Of a stretch of 64,000 nt of DNA, positions 23,372 to 32,024 are shown piece by piece. The stretch comes from a virus, in the IMG/VR virus record IMGVR_UViG_3300027734_000042, one strand, 5' to 3'. Numbering within the stretch: the first letter of the stretch is position 1; every line of letters starts with the position of its first letter. The notes beneath the pieces are model-generated. The model saw nothing but the letters and a program-made list of their open reading frames with translations. It was not told the DNA's origin and did not search any database. The position numbers and the translations under genes are program-made.

Positions 23372-23644
23372 ATGCAAGAAAATCAACAACAAGTAAAGGT
23401 GGATATGTCAGATACACCTTGGATCAAATGTGAAGGTGGTAACATGTTATGGGAATCATCTATGTTATTCAAAAGACTTTCCCCGTTAATGAGCCCTTCG
23501 GGAAAGGAGGAATTATTGCCTGCTGAAATTGTCACTTGTAAACAATGTGGAAAAGTTCCTAAGTTCTTTTTTGATATGGCTAAGGGAATTCCTGAGGATC
23601 TTAAATCAGATTGTCATAAAACTAAAATTAATTTAGAACTGTAA
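23372..23644 (+). CDS. small zinc-ribbon-like protein
   Basis: CEGG...CKQCG. Confidence 0.6.
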   Translation: MQENQQQVKVDMSDTPWIKCEGGNMLWESSMLFKRLSPLMSPSGKEELLPAEIVTCKQCGKVPKFFFDMAKGIPEDLKSDCHKTKINLEL

Positions 23645-23712
23645 ATTTCTAAAATCATTTTTTTATTCTAGATTTTTCTATTATCTTTGTTTAAACTTAA
23701 AAAAATGAGATT

Positions 23713-24036
23713 ATGGAAAAGCAAGAATTGTTAGGAAAGGCTTCTAAGGTCTTAAAAGAAACAGCAAGGATCCTCGGATTTGTATGTTTAGTAGCACTGG
23801 GCTACATTTTGTCTGAATTGTATCACTACAGTACAAGGGAAAGGGATAAAGCTGATTGTTCGTCACCTAAAGTGACTAAAACAATAAAAGAAACCTCAGT
23901 AGCTATAAACGAGCGTAACGAGCTTATGATTATAGATCGTACCACTGGGGAATATGAAATTTATCAGGATTCAATTGGACAATCAATATTTAACTTGTAT
24001 GCAACCAGAATTCAATCAGAATACCAGAACCCTTAA
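23713..24036 (+). CDS. single-pass membrane protein
   Basis: N-terminal TM ILGFVCLVALGYIL; overlaps the transglycosylase gene. Confidence 0.65.
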   Translation: MEKQELLGKASKVLKETARILGFVCLVALGYILSELYHYSTRERDKADCSSPKVTKTIKETSVAINERNELMIIDRTTGEYEIYQDSIGQSIFNLYATRIQSEYQNP

Positions 24037-24571
24037 TCTAAAGATTAGGGTTTCTTTTTTTGCAGCCCTTGTTTTTATAGGGCTGCTTACTATTCCTCTT
24101 AGACATTTTTTATCTGTTGGTAAAATAGAACGGGGAGAGGATTTGACTTATTCTGAGGGATCTATGTACGAGAGACAGCCTATTGCAATTAGGATGTTTT
24201 CTACTATAGAAAAATATGCGGAAAAGTATAATATACCCCTTAGGTATGCTTTAGGAATAGCTTACGCAGAGACTAGATACGAAGGACCTTTCCATTGGAA
24301 TTATAATCCCGAACAAAAATCTTATGTTGGTGCTTTAGGTCCTATGCAAATTATGCCTAGCACTGCTAATATGATATGGGGTAGATCTGTACCAACGGAA
24401 GATCTTATATCTAATATAGATCTTAACGTGGAAACATCTATGAAGTTACTTAGGAAGCTTCATGACAAATACGGAAACTGGAAAATAGTATTTGGATGCT
24501 ACAACACAGGAACTCCATGTGTCAATGGATATGCTGAAAAAGTTTTTAATTTTAACCCAAAAAATAAATGA
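23999..24571 (+). CDS. membrane-anchored lytic transglycosylase (SLT family)
   Basis: Catalytic AETR, GPMQIMPST, YNTG; N-terminal TM; start uncertain (23954 or 23999). Confidence 0.85.
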   Translation: MQPEFNQNTRTLNLKIRVSFFAALVFIGLLTIPLRHFLSVGKIERGEDLTYSEGSMYERQPIAIRMFSTIEKYAEKYNIPLRYALGIAYAETRYEGPFHWNYNPEQKSYVGALGPMQIMPSTANMIWGRSVPTEDLISNIDLNVETSMKLLRKLHDKYGNWKIVFGCYNTGTPCVNGYAEKVFNFNPKNK

Positions 24572-25242
24572 AATACATTTCAATAGATGTAGAAACAACC
24601 GGGCTTGATACTGAGAATGATCAGGTGCTATCAATAGCTGCTATTATAGAAGACAGTAATAATCCATTGCCTTTTGAAGATATCCCAAAAATTCATATTG
24701 CAATCAAGAGAGAAAGTATATCTGGAAGCATGTTTGCTATCAACATGAACAGGGAGCTTATTAAAAAGATAGTTCATTACCAAACTGCAAAGGACCAAGA
24801 CGAGAAGAACGATATGGTTCAAATGACAGGAATGATATTCTTAGATGAGTCAGAAGTAGTGGAAGCTCTTTATCAATTCTGTTATATAAATGGACTTGTT
24901 GAACTGGATCCTGATTATCTCACAAAAACATCTAAGGTAGTTAACGGAGTTAGATATCCCATGCTAACTTCAAGCATGCCTAAAGTTCATATCACTTGTG
25001 CTGGAAAAAACTTCGCTACGTTTGATAAGCTATTTTTAGAAAAGCTACCAAGATGGAAACAGGTTTTTAGAATACGACAAAGAATCATTGATCCATCTTT
25101 ATTATTTATTGACTGGAAAAATGACGAATCTCTACCAGGTTTATTTGAGTGTAAAAAGAGAGCAGGCGTTACTGGAATAGTTTCTCATGATGCTTTAGAA
25201 GATGCATGGGACGTAGTTGAATTACTTAGAAAAAATTATTAA
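24568..25242 (+). CDS. DEDDh 3'-5' exonuclease (DnaQ-like)
   Basis: IDVETTG, NFATFD, HDALED. Confidence 0.88.
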   Translation: MKYISIDVETTGLDTENDQVLSIAAIIEDSNNPLPFEDIPKIHIAIKRESISGSMFAINMNRELIKKIVHYQTAKDQDEKNDMVQMTGMIFLDESEVVEALYQFCYINGLVELDPDYLTKTSKVVNGVRYPMLTSSMPKVHITCAGKNFATFDKLFLEKLPRWKQVFRIRQRIIDPSLLFIDWKNDESLPGLFECKKRAGVTGIVSHDALEDAWDVVELLRKNY

Positions 25243-25244
25243 TT

Positions 25245-25439
25245 ATGGAAGATAGATTCACAAAAAGAGCGGAAGAGCTTCAGGAAGAATTACACGAGAC
25301 TATGGAGGAGCTTCTTAAACAAAGTGGTAGCATTAAAATAGACTACCAAGACGTATCAGTAGTTTTTATACTACATAAAATTGCATCATTACAATGCGTA
25401 ATGGAAGACATACTAAAGGAGCTTAAAAAAGATGCCTAG
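25245..25439 (+). CDS. small hypothetical protein
   Basis: Tightly packed ORF in the operon. Confidence 0.6.
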   Translation: MEDRFTKRAEELQEELHETMEELLKQSGSIKIDYQDVSVVFILHKIASLQCVMEDILKELKKDA

Positions 25440-25680
25440 TAAAAGACTTTTCACAGGTGTATTAATTTTAGTAACACTACTACTATCATTTATTTTTATG
25501 ATGGGTGGATGTGAGAACGAAAGTAGGTGTAGTTATTCTATATCCCTTAAAAGTGGTAGTGTCATCAAGGCTAAAGGAATAAATTTATATAATTCGGGAT
25601 TTTATGATATACATACTTGCGAAGGTGAAAGGATAGTAATGTCTGAATCATCTATATTAAAAATAACCGATGAAGAATAG
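25432..25680 (+). CDS. small putative lipoprotein/membrane protein
   Basis: Hydrophobic N-terminus ending MGGC. Confidence 0.55.
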   Translation: MPSKRLFTGVLILVTLLLSFIFMMGGCENESRCSYSISLKSGSVIKAKGINLYNSGFYDIHTCEGERIVMSESSILKITDEE

Positions 25681-25909
25681 AAGATATCAAGAATGCAATA
25701 TACTAGAAAAGAATTGGCGGAAAAGACATTACCTTAAAATACCTTTCAAGTGGATCCGGTGGAAGATAACATCAAACAAAGGATTTACTAGCGGAGGATA
25801 TTGGCAAATTCTAATTGGAACTGCTCATATGGATATGAAATGGTATTATACTCAAGAAGAGGTTATGAAAATGTTTGAAACGAAATTAGATAAAAATAAT
25901 ATAGAATAA
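25670..25909 (+). CDS. hypothetical protein
   Basis: Overlapping ORF in the operon. Confidence 0.55.
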   Translation: MKNRRYQECNILEKNWRKRHYLKIPFKWIRWKITSNKGFTSGGYWQILIGTAHMDMKWYYTQEEVMKMFETKLDKNNIE

Positions 25910-25910
25910 G

Positions 25911-26408
25911 ATGGACGACCAAAGAGAAAAAATTTATGAGTATAATAATCCGGATGCCAAATTTAGTATTATACCAAATGGGGTTTTAATTTTAAATCAG
26001 GATAATATGGAAAATGAATTTGTACCTTATGAGTTGGCGGTTAAACTCAAACAACTTGGATTTGATGAAAAATGTTTTGGAAACTACACAGAACTTGAAC
26101 TTAAAGATTACAAAGGAGGAATCGGAGTAAAAATAACTAAAAGCACTTGTTTATCTACAATTAATGGTGTTAGAAATTATAATCAAGAAGGTCAAGTTTC
26201 ATCACCAACTTTTTCACAAGCATTTAGATGGTTTAGAGAGAAGGGATTCCTAATTGATTTTTCAAGTCATAACAAGGATGCACATGATTTTTATTTTAAA
26301 TGGTCAGAGAATAAATCAATTCTTTCTGACACATACGATACCTATGAAGAAACAGAACTTGCTTGTCTTTCCAAGTTAATTGAAATTATAGAACTTAAAT
26401 CAGAATAA
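25911..26408 (+). CDS. hypothetical phage protein
   Basis: FVPYELAVKLKQLGFDE...PTFSQAFRWFRE pattern, recalled from Bacteroidota phages (not searched). Confidence 0.65.
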   Translation: MDDQREKIYEYNNPDAKFSIIPNGVLILNQDNMENEFVPYELAVKLKQLGFDEKCFGNYTELELKDYKGGIGVKITKSTCLSTINGVRNYNQEGQVSSPTFSQAFRWFREKGFLIDFSSHNKDAHDFYFKWSENKSILSDTYDTYEETELACLSKLIEIIELKSE

Positions 26409-26409
26409 G

Positions 26410-26826
26410 ATGAAGACACTTTACATAGTTAGAGGAATACCAGGATCTGGTAAATCAACATTTGCAAAAAAATTAGTAGGAGAAGACTTCCTAGTTTGCG
26501 AAGCAGACAAATACTTTATAGATAAGGAGACTGGAGAATATAACTTTGATTTTACTAAGATCAAAGAAGCCCACAAATTCTGTCAAGACACAGTTGAGAC
26601 ATACATGAAGGACTCATTAGTCAATGACCAATTCTACAGAGAGATTGCGGTCTCTAATACATTCACACAAGAATGGGAGATGGAGCATTATATTAAGCTT
26701 GCAAAAAAATACGGGTACATGGTATTTACTATAATTGTCGAGAATAGACATGGAGGTAAAAACGTTCACGGAGTTCCTGATGACACCTTAGAAAAAATGA
26801 AAGGCAGATTTGAGATCTCTTTATAG
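26410..26826 (+). CDS. P-loop kinase (polynucleotide kinase/AAA_33-like)
   Basis: RGIPGSGKST, EAD.YF, VSNTF, NVHGVP. Confidence 0.8.
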   Translation: MKTLYIVRGIPGSGKSTFAKKLVGEDFLVCEADKYFIDKETGEYNFDFTKIKEAHKFCQDTVETYMKDSLVNDQFYREIAVSNTFTQEWEMEHYIKLAKKYGYMVFTIIVENRHGGKNVHGVPDDTLEKMKGRFEISL

Positions 26827-26828
26827 TA

Positions 26829-26857
26829 GAAACTTAGATACGGAAAAGAAGTATAAA
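26829..26857 (+). promoter_or_regulatory. putative middle promoter class GAAAC(T)-N17/18-TA(T)AA (representative)
   Basis: Copies at 1678, 7192, 12391, 19098, 22962, 26829, 35564, mostly upstream of replication and nucleotide genes. Confidence 0.7.
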
Positions 26858-26863
26858 TAGCAT

Positions 26864-27430
26864 ATGAACAAGGATTCAAAAAAGAAATACGATCGCCTGA
26901 AAAATCGAAATCTCTATTTGGTTGATGAAATAGATCCGGATTCTGCTAATGATGTTATAGAGGATATCATAGAAATCAATTCTATGGATGAGGAAGACGA
27001 TGAAGAGCTTAAAGACTTTGAACGTAGACCTATAAATCTTTACATCAATAGTCCAGGGGGATGTGTATACAGCGCTTTAGCTTTGATTAATGCTATAGAA
27101 TATTCTAAGACTCCAGTTATTACTCATGCTTTAGGTATGGTAATGTCAGGAGCTTTATACGTAATGGCTTCAGGGCATATAAGAAAAGCCCACAAATATT
27201 CTTCTTTTATGTTCCATGAGATCATAGCTAGCCATCCTTATTCATCTTTAACTTGGATTAAGAACGACGTTAAAGAGTGTGAGCGATTACAAAAAACATT
27301 AGAAGGTATCTTAACTTCTAAAAGTAAATTCCCACAGGCTAAAATAGAAGAGGTCGTAGAGAGATCTAAGGATTTCTACTTTGATGCAAATGTGGCTTTA
27401 AGGTACAAAATAATCGACGAGATTATTTGA
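26864..27430 (+). CDS. clpP: ClpP-family serine protease
   Basis: LYINSPGG, catalytic Ser in VMSG, His in FMFHE, DFYF, C-terminal IIDEII. Confidence 0.88.
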   Translation: MNKDSKKKYDRLKNRNLYLVDEIDPDSANDVIEDIIEINSMDEEDDEELKDFERRPINLYINSPGGCVYSALALINAIEYSKTPVITHALGMVMSGALYVMASGHIRKAHKYSSFMFHEIIASHPYSSLTWIKNDVKECERLQKTLEGILTSKSKFPQAKIEEVVERSKDFYFDANVALRYKIIDEII

Positions 27431-27442
27431 TATATAAAAAAA

Positions 27443-27936
27443 GGGCCTGTTCTTGGATTTGACAGGCGAAGTTAGTTCTTTGAAATGATGCAGGCAGGGT
27501 TAGATTGGAAATCCTTAATTACCTATCAAAACAATAAACGCAAACGTTTACAACCCAGAGGATATCATGAGTATCCCAACTTCTCTTACTCGCGTAGCGG
27601 TAGCAGAAGAGGCTGAGATGCTATTAGCAGCTTAACCGTCGGGCCGGATCGGCCTAGGAACAGAAAGATCCAAAACCGGCAAGAAAAAAGGTTCGTAGTA
27701 TTGCCAATTTAACATTGAGTGGAGCCTTGAGGATTCGTCCAATACCCATTTAGATCGTCACTATCAATGTTAGGGAAACTTGGCTAATACCAGGGAGTAA
27801 CCCAGACTGAGCATTAAGTCTGAAAGAAAAAAGAAATGCACCAAAGTTTGTCCGTGTCGAATAACGGAATAAGCCTGTGAATGAGTTTCTTGAGCATTCG
27901 ATCTGGACCCGGGTTCGAATCCCGGCAGGTCCACCA
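27443..27936 (+). ncRNA. ssrA: tmRNA (494 nt) with 31-codon tag ANVYNPEDIMSIPTSLTRVAVAEEAEMLLAA
   Basis: Acceptor GGGCCTG/CAGGTCC-ACCA with G3:U70, GGATTTGAC 5' motif, T-arm CCGGGTTCGAATCCCGG, resume context ATAAAC-GCA at 27540, tag ending LAA-TAA at 27635. Confidence 0.93.
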
Positions 27937-27940
27937 AAAT

Positions 27941-27974
27941 AATCCCAGGATCATTCCTTGATCCTGGGATTTTA
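27941..27974 (+). terminator. intrinsic terminator after tmRNA
   Basis: AATCCCAGGATCA/TGATCCTGGGATT hairpin plus T-run. Confidence 0.8.
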
Positions 27975-28063
27975 TTAATCATAAATATTTTTCGAAAAAT
28001 CCACAGAATCATTTTTATTAATAATGATTATGATCTATATTAGCAATCTATAATAAAAAACAC

Positions 28064-28306
28064 ATGAAAAAATTAATCATGCTTTTAATGCTTCTGTCCA
28101 TTGGACTAGTTAGCTGTAATAAGGAAGAGAATAAACCATGCAACTGTGGTACAATTCTCAATGATGGTATCAATGGCTCATGCTATTGGTTAGAGATTGA
28201 GAATGACTGTACTGGTAATAGAAAATCATTTTGCTTTGATCAAAGTGTATGGATGGATGCTTATGTAGGCAGTAACTTCTGTGTAACTAACCAAGGACAA
28301 TGGTAA
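28064..28306 (+). CDS. small Cys-rich lipoprotein
   Basis: Signal peptide with lipobox LVSC; several Cys; early promoter at 28007-28043. Confidence 0.75.
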   Translation: MKKLIMLLMLLSIGLVSCNKEENKPCNCGTILNDGINGSCYWLEIENDCTGNRKSFCFDQSVWMDAYVGSNFCVTNQGQW

Positions 28307-28311
28307 GCTAT

Positions 28312-28455
28312 ATGCTGGAACAAATAGGTTATGCAGTGCTTTTCACTTTTCAAGGACTAATGATAGCAATCCTAGTATATCTAGCAGCATGGTATCCTAA
28401 AGAGCGTGGTAAAGGACATGCTGGTAGAAAATGTAAATGCTGTGTTAAAATATAG
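28312..28455 (+). CDS. 47-aa membrane peptide
   Basis: Own translation MLEQIGYAVLFTFQGLMIAILVYLAAWYPKERGKGHAGRKCKCCVKI. Confidence 0.5.
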   Translation: MLEQIGYAVLFTFQGLMIAILVYLAAWYPKERGKGHAGRKCKCCVKI

Positions 28456-28603
28456 TCAGGTGGCGGAATGTTAACAACCCCGTTCTAGAGGTAAAAACAA
28501 TGTGGTTAGAATCCACTCCGGGGTCAATGTTAACTTGGTAGACGCAGCTCGCGGTGTACACTATAAAGGGGTGACAATGCAGGTTCGAATCCTGTCCTGA
28601 CTA
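28454..28603 (+). tRNA. tRNA-like element (Leu-type scaffold) with a 65-nt D-loop insertion and no recognisable anticodon arm
   Basis: Perfect acceptor AGTCAGG/CCTGACT-A, D-arm GGCGGAAT...TGGTAGACGC, T-arm GCAGGTTCGAATCCTGT. Confidence 0.65.
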
Positions 28604-28605
28604 CA

Positions 28606-28813
28606 CGTTCCGACTAATCATCGGATAGTACGTCCCATACGATGAGAAATGGTGTGATAGCCATAGGGAAGAGTTGAAGGTTCGTATATGTAAAACCTTC
28701 CAGTTGACTACTGACGTCGGTAAAACCCTTCAGGAGGGGAGCAAGACAGTCTATTCCTAACTCAGCAATGAGGACAGCCATAACACCTGTAAGTTGGATA
28801 AAGAAGGGTGTTT
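28606..28813 (+). ncRNA. candidate structured non-coding RNA
   Basis: About 200 nt, GC-richer than flanks, with six consecutive stems including CTCA-GCAA-TGAG; no family recognised. Confidence 0.45.
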
Positions 28814-28830
28814 TTATTAAAACTAAAAAT

Positions 28831-29442
28831 ATGAACGAGGTAGAGAGTTTTATTCACCACGTGAAATCAGAATGCCGTAGATCCGGTGTGCTTTTTAAGC
28901 CATATAAGAGAAGTTATATTAAGCTCACCGATAATATTAAATGTGCAGGCTTCTTTGATGACGGTAGTGATCCCAAGATTAAAAAAGCCACTTTGGCATT
29001 TGCACAGGGTAGACCAGATTATCTTGAACTTCTTGTACATGAATATTGTCACATGACCCAATGGGAGGAGCAGATACCTCTATGGACTGCTGCAATCGAC
29101 GGATTGACTGTAGTTGATGAATGGCTTTCCGGTGTGGACTATCCAGATGATATTGTGGAAAACTCAATCAACGTGTCTCGTGATCTGGAGTTGGACAACG
29201 AAAAGAGAAGTGTAGCAATGATGAAAAAGTGGGAACTACCTATTGACACTGATTTGTACACGAAGAAATCTAACGCATATGTCCTCTTTTACAACTGGAT
29301 GAAAGAGAGTAGAAAATGGTCTAGCCCTAAGAATCCACCATATAACAATCCAGTTATCTTAGCAGCAATGTCGGAACTATTTGATATGGACTATGTAAAA
29401 CTTACACCAGAATTGGTAGAGATATACAAAAACAACATATAA
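28831..29442 (+). CDS. zincin-like metallopeptidase (HExxH)
   Basis: LLVHEYCH and downstream ELDNE; start moved to ATG 28831 (A-rich leader, after the RNA element). Confidence 0.65.
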   Translation: MNEVESFIHHVKSECRRSGVLFKPYKRSYIKLTDNIKCAGFFDDGSDPKIKKATLAFAQGRPDYLELLVHEYCHMTQWEEQIPLWTAAIDGLTVVDEWLSGVDYPDDIVENSINVSRDLELDNEKRSVAMMKKWELPIDTDLYTKKSNAYVLFYNWMKESRKWSSPKNPPYNNPVILAAMSELFDMDYVKLTPELVEIYKNNI

Positions 29443-29493
29443 AAAATCTAGGAATCATTTTTTTAATTCTGAGATTTTTTTTATTTTTACAGC

Positions 29494-29775
29494 ATGGATA
29501 TCACACAAAATCAATTAAAGGAATCAATTATTAAAGTTGCTGTCTATATTAGAGAAGACAGATCCTACGAGGAATTGATGAAAATGAAAAGCCTTCCTGA
29601 GATCTGTAAGTATTTAGCTTATGATCTTTTTGTTAGAGGTGTAAATGAATCTAATGCTATGAACGATACTGAAGTGTTTACGTCTATAGTGATGATACGT
29701 AAGTATTGTCAAGCATTAGCTAGAGATGGTTTTTTTGAGTTTAAATCAGATATTTCTGGACATGCAGGACTTTGA
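29494..29775 (+). CDS. hypothetical protein
   Basis: ORF directly after an AATCATTTT promoter-like site (29453). Confidence 0.65.
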   Translation: MDITQNQLKESIIKVAVYIREDRSYEELMKMKSLPEICKYLAYDLFVRGVNESNAMNDTEVFTSIVMIRKYCQALARDGFFEFKSDISGHAGL

Positions 29776-30112
29776 TAAGGAAGAAGGTAAAACGTACGCT
29801 GTACACTTTAAAACGCACGCTCACGATGTCTATATAGGTAGACCCAGTAAGTGGGCTAATCCATATACACATAAGGATCTAGATAAGACCCAAGCTAAGT
29901 ATCAAGTAGCCACGAGACAAGAAGCTATAAATGGATATGTGCATTATCTTAACGAAAGCGGGTTAATAAAAGATCTCGAAGAATTAAGAGGTAAAGTTTT
30001 AGGATGCTGGTGTTGTAAATCACCTTCTGATGGATCAGAAAAAAAATTAGTATGTCACGGGCAAGTTATAGCTAAAATTCTTAACACACCACCTCAGAAT
30101 AAATTAATATAA
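29762..30112 (+). CDS. DUF4326-family protein
   Basis: VYIGRPSKWANP, LRGKVLGCWC, CHG. Confidence 0.85.
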   Translation: MQDFDKEEGKTYAVHFKTHAHDVYIGRPSKWANPYTHKDLDKTQAKYQVATRQEAINGYVHYLNESGLIKDLEELRGKVLGCWCCKSPSDGSEKKLVCHGQVIAKILNTPPQNKLI

Positions 30113-30130
30113 ACTACTACAACGAAACTT

Positions 30131-30337
30131 ATGGAGACTAAGATGACTAAGTATTTAATATGGGCATTAGCATTTGTTTTATTATTAGATTGTGCTGCTA
30201 CTATATGTTTATACATATCTGTAAAGGATAAGCACCTCGAGAGAGAAGACTACCAAATGTTTAAAGCTGTTAAGATACCGGAAGATACCGTGTATGTAGA
30301 TTCAACAACCGTAAGTACAACAACTGACCCTTATTAA
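30131..30337 (+). CDS. small membrane protein
   Basis: N-terminal TM helix. Confidence 0.55.
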   Translation: METKMTKYLIWALAFVLLLDCAATICLYISVKDKHLEREDYQMFKAVKIPEDTVYVDSTTVSTTTDPY

Positions 30338-30339
30338 TT

Positions 30340-30582
30340 ATGAGTAGATACGTAGTAGACCTAGGAGAAAATAAAGAATTCGTTTATGGATGGGACCATG
30401 CACTTGGTTACTTCTATGAATTGTGGGACAACTCACTTGGCGAAGAAGATTATGAAAAAATAGTGGAGGATAAATCTTACTTTCTTAGTAAACTAAGTAG
30501 AGAGGATATGATAGAAGCTATGTCAAAGTATAAGGCCGACGAATTTCATATTATGAAGATGGTTCTTGATACGCCTTTTTAA
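30340..30582 (+). CDS. hypothetical protein
   Basis: 80 aa; YGWDHALGYF. Confidence 0.6.
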   Translation: MSRYVVDLGENKEFVYGWDHALGYFYELWDNSLGEEDYEKIVEDKSYFLSKLSREDMIEAMSKYKADEFHIMKMVLDTPF

Positions 30583-30587
30583 TGCTG

Positions 30588-31193
30588 TTATTTTCTTAGG
30601 AGATAACCAGAAAGGACAGAAACTAATTCGAAAACATCATCTTTAAGATCTTCAGTTATTTCTATTTTATGCTTAACTGTATGAAGCTGAACGAATCCTA
30701 TCAGTTGACCTGATAATGTTCTAACAGGAGCAGATATTATTTGTAATATTCCTTCTTCTCTTACTTTACCTCTGATGTAGTCTAATACTGGATCGTCAGC
30801 ATTAACAAAGAAGAATTCTTGTTCACTTAGGTTTTTCATCAAAGATGGATGCTCAGTAACAAAAACACTTTGGTTATGTTCTTTAGCCTTAGAAATTCCA
30901 TCAGAAACAGATTCAAATGTTTGTGAATATTTCTTCATTGGAACACCGTGAAAGAATTTACCTCCATTATGAAATTGGAATATTCCAACTCTATCTAATC
31001 CCCACTTTTTTCTAAATTGATCTAGAAATTCCTGAACCTCTAGCATCGAATCAACATCCTGTTGTGATATTCTATCGTGATTTTCCTCGTCGCTATCTTT
31101 CTTTTTAGAATCAAGATAATGCTTTAACCAAATAGATCCGAGTGCAACAACTACCGAAAAAATGCCCGTTATTAAAATCTGTACAACTTCCAA
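30588..31193 (-). CDS. putative holin-like protein (N-terminal TM plus GAF-like domain)
   Basis: One N-terminal TM then RVGIFQFHNGG and a GAF-like beta pattern; same architecture as T4 holin T. Confidence 0.5.
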   Translation of the reverse strand: MEVVQILITGIFSVVVALGSIWLKHYLDSKKKDSDEENHDRISQQDVDSMLEVQEFLDQFRKKWGLDRVGIFQFHNGGKFFHGVPMKKYSQTFESVSDGISKAKEHNQSVFVTEHPSLMKNLSEQEFFFVNADDPVLDYIRGKVREEGILQIISAPVRTLSGQLIGFVQLHTVKHKIEITEDLKDDVFELVSVLSGYLLRK

Positions 31194-31210
31194 TTTTCTT
31201 TTTTATGTTA

Positions 31211-31813
31211 TTAATCGTCGAATCCGCCGAATCTTTTTAATATGTTAGCACCTTTACCTAGATCCTCACCCTTTAAGCTAGGCGGTATTTCAAAGTTTTT
31301 AACTATCTCTGGATTCTCTTCCATTTTTCTTCTGACAACGTCTTTGTAATTTTCGTTTCCTAAAAGTTCTTCCTCTGACATAGGAACTCCTTGCTCTCTT
31401 AAGATATACTTAATCAAGAATCCCATTTTGAAAAGATAATCTTCCGGAGTCATACAAGCTCTTCTAAGATCAGTATTTAATCTAGGAAATTCTGAAGATT
31501 TAGAAGGTCCTACAACCACTCTAATACTTCCGTTGTGCATAATGTTATATTGAGGATATCCCGGTTTAGGTGATTTCATAGAATCATGTTTAAATGCTAT
31601 GTTACCTAAACGATCTTTAAAATATCTTTGCTCTTCAGTACCTTGTGTTTCGATACCAATTGGGTTTTCTGCGATCATTTCTGTCCAACCCATTGCAGTC
31701 ATATCTTTATAAGCTTCTGATTCTCTAATTGGTTTAAAACTAAGAACTGGACATTTTTTAGTTCTTCTAACCTCTTGTATTTTTTTGAACTCTGGATAGT
31801 TTTTAATACTCAT
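31211..31813 (-). CDS. hypothetical protein with N-terminal leader and C-terminal GxxLLxRxG tag
   Basis: MSIKNYPEF...KGANILKRFGGFDD; distant paralog of 47855..48754. Confidence 0.75.
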   Translation of the reverse strand: MSIKNYPEFKKIQEVRRTKKCPVLSFKPIRESEAYKDMTAMGWTEMIAENPIGIETQGTEEQRYFKDRLGNIAFKHDSMKSPKPGYPQYNIMHNGSIRVVVGPSKSSEFPRLNTDLRRACMTPEDYLFKMGFLIKYILREQGVPMSEEELLGNENYKDVVRRKMEENPEIVKNFEIPPSLKGEDLGKGANILKRFGGFDD

Positions 31814-32024
31814 TTTTCCTTTGTTTTTCTTATATATATTCTTTTTATTCGAGGACTCCGAGAATTTTTCAATAATGGTGAAATTTTTTCACTTATTAAC
31901 AGTATATTTAATGTCCTCTGTAGAAAAACAGCTTATAAACTGTTTTTCTGCTTTCCTATATATAGAAAAAACCGGTTCCTAGGAATCGGTTTTTTTATTC
32001 AAGTTTTTTCTATAATATTGCGAT

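Noticed and set aside
27770-28012. Minus-strand 80-aa ORF
   Set aside because: Antisense to the tmRNA 3' end and its terminator.
28750-28812. Twister ribozyme (TAA-CTCA-GC...GACAG...CTGTAAG)
   Set aside because: Element order and pseudoknot register do not fit the twister consensus; kept only as an unclassified structured RNA candidate.
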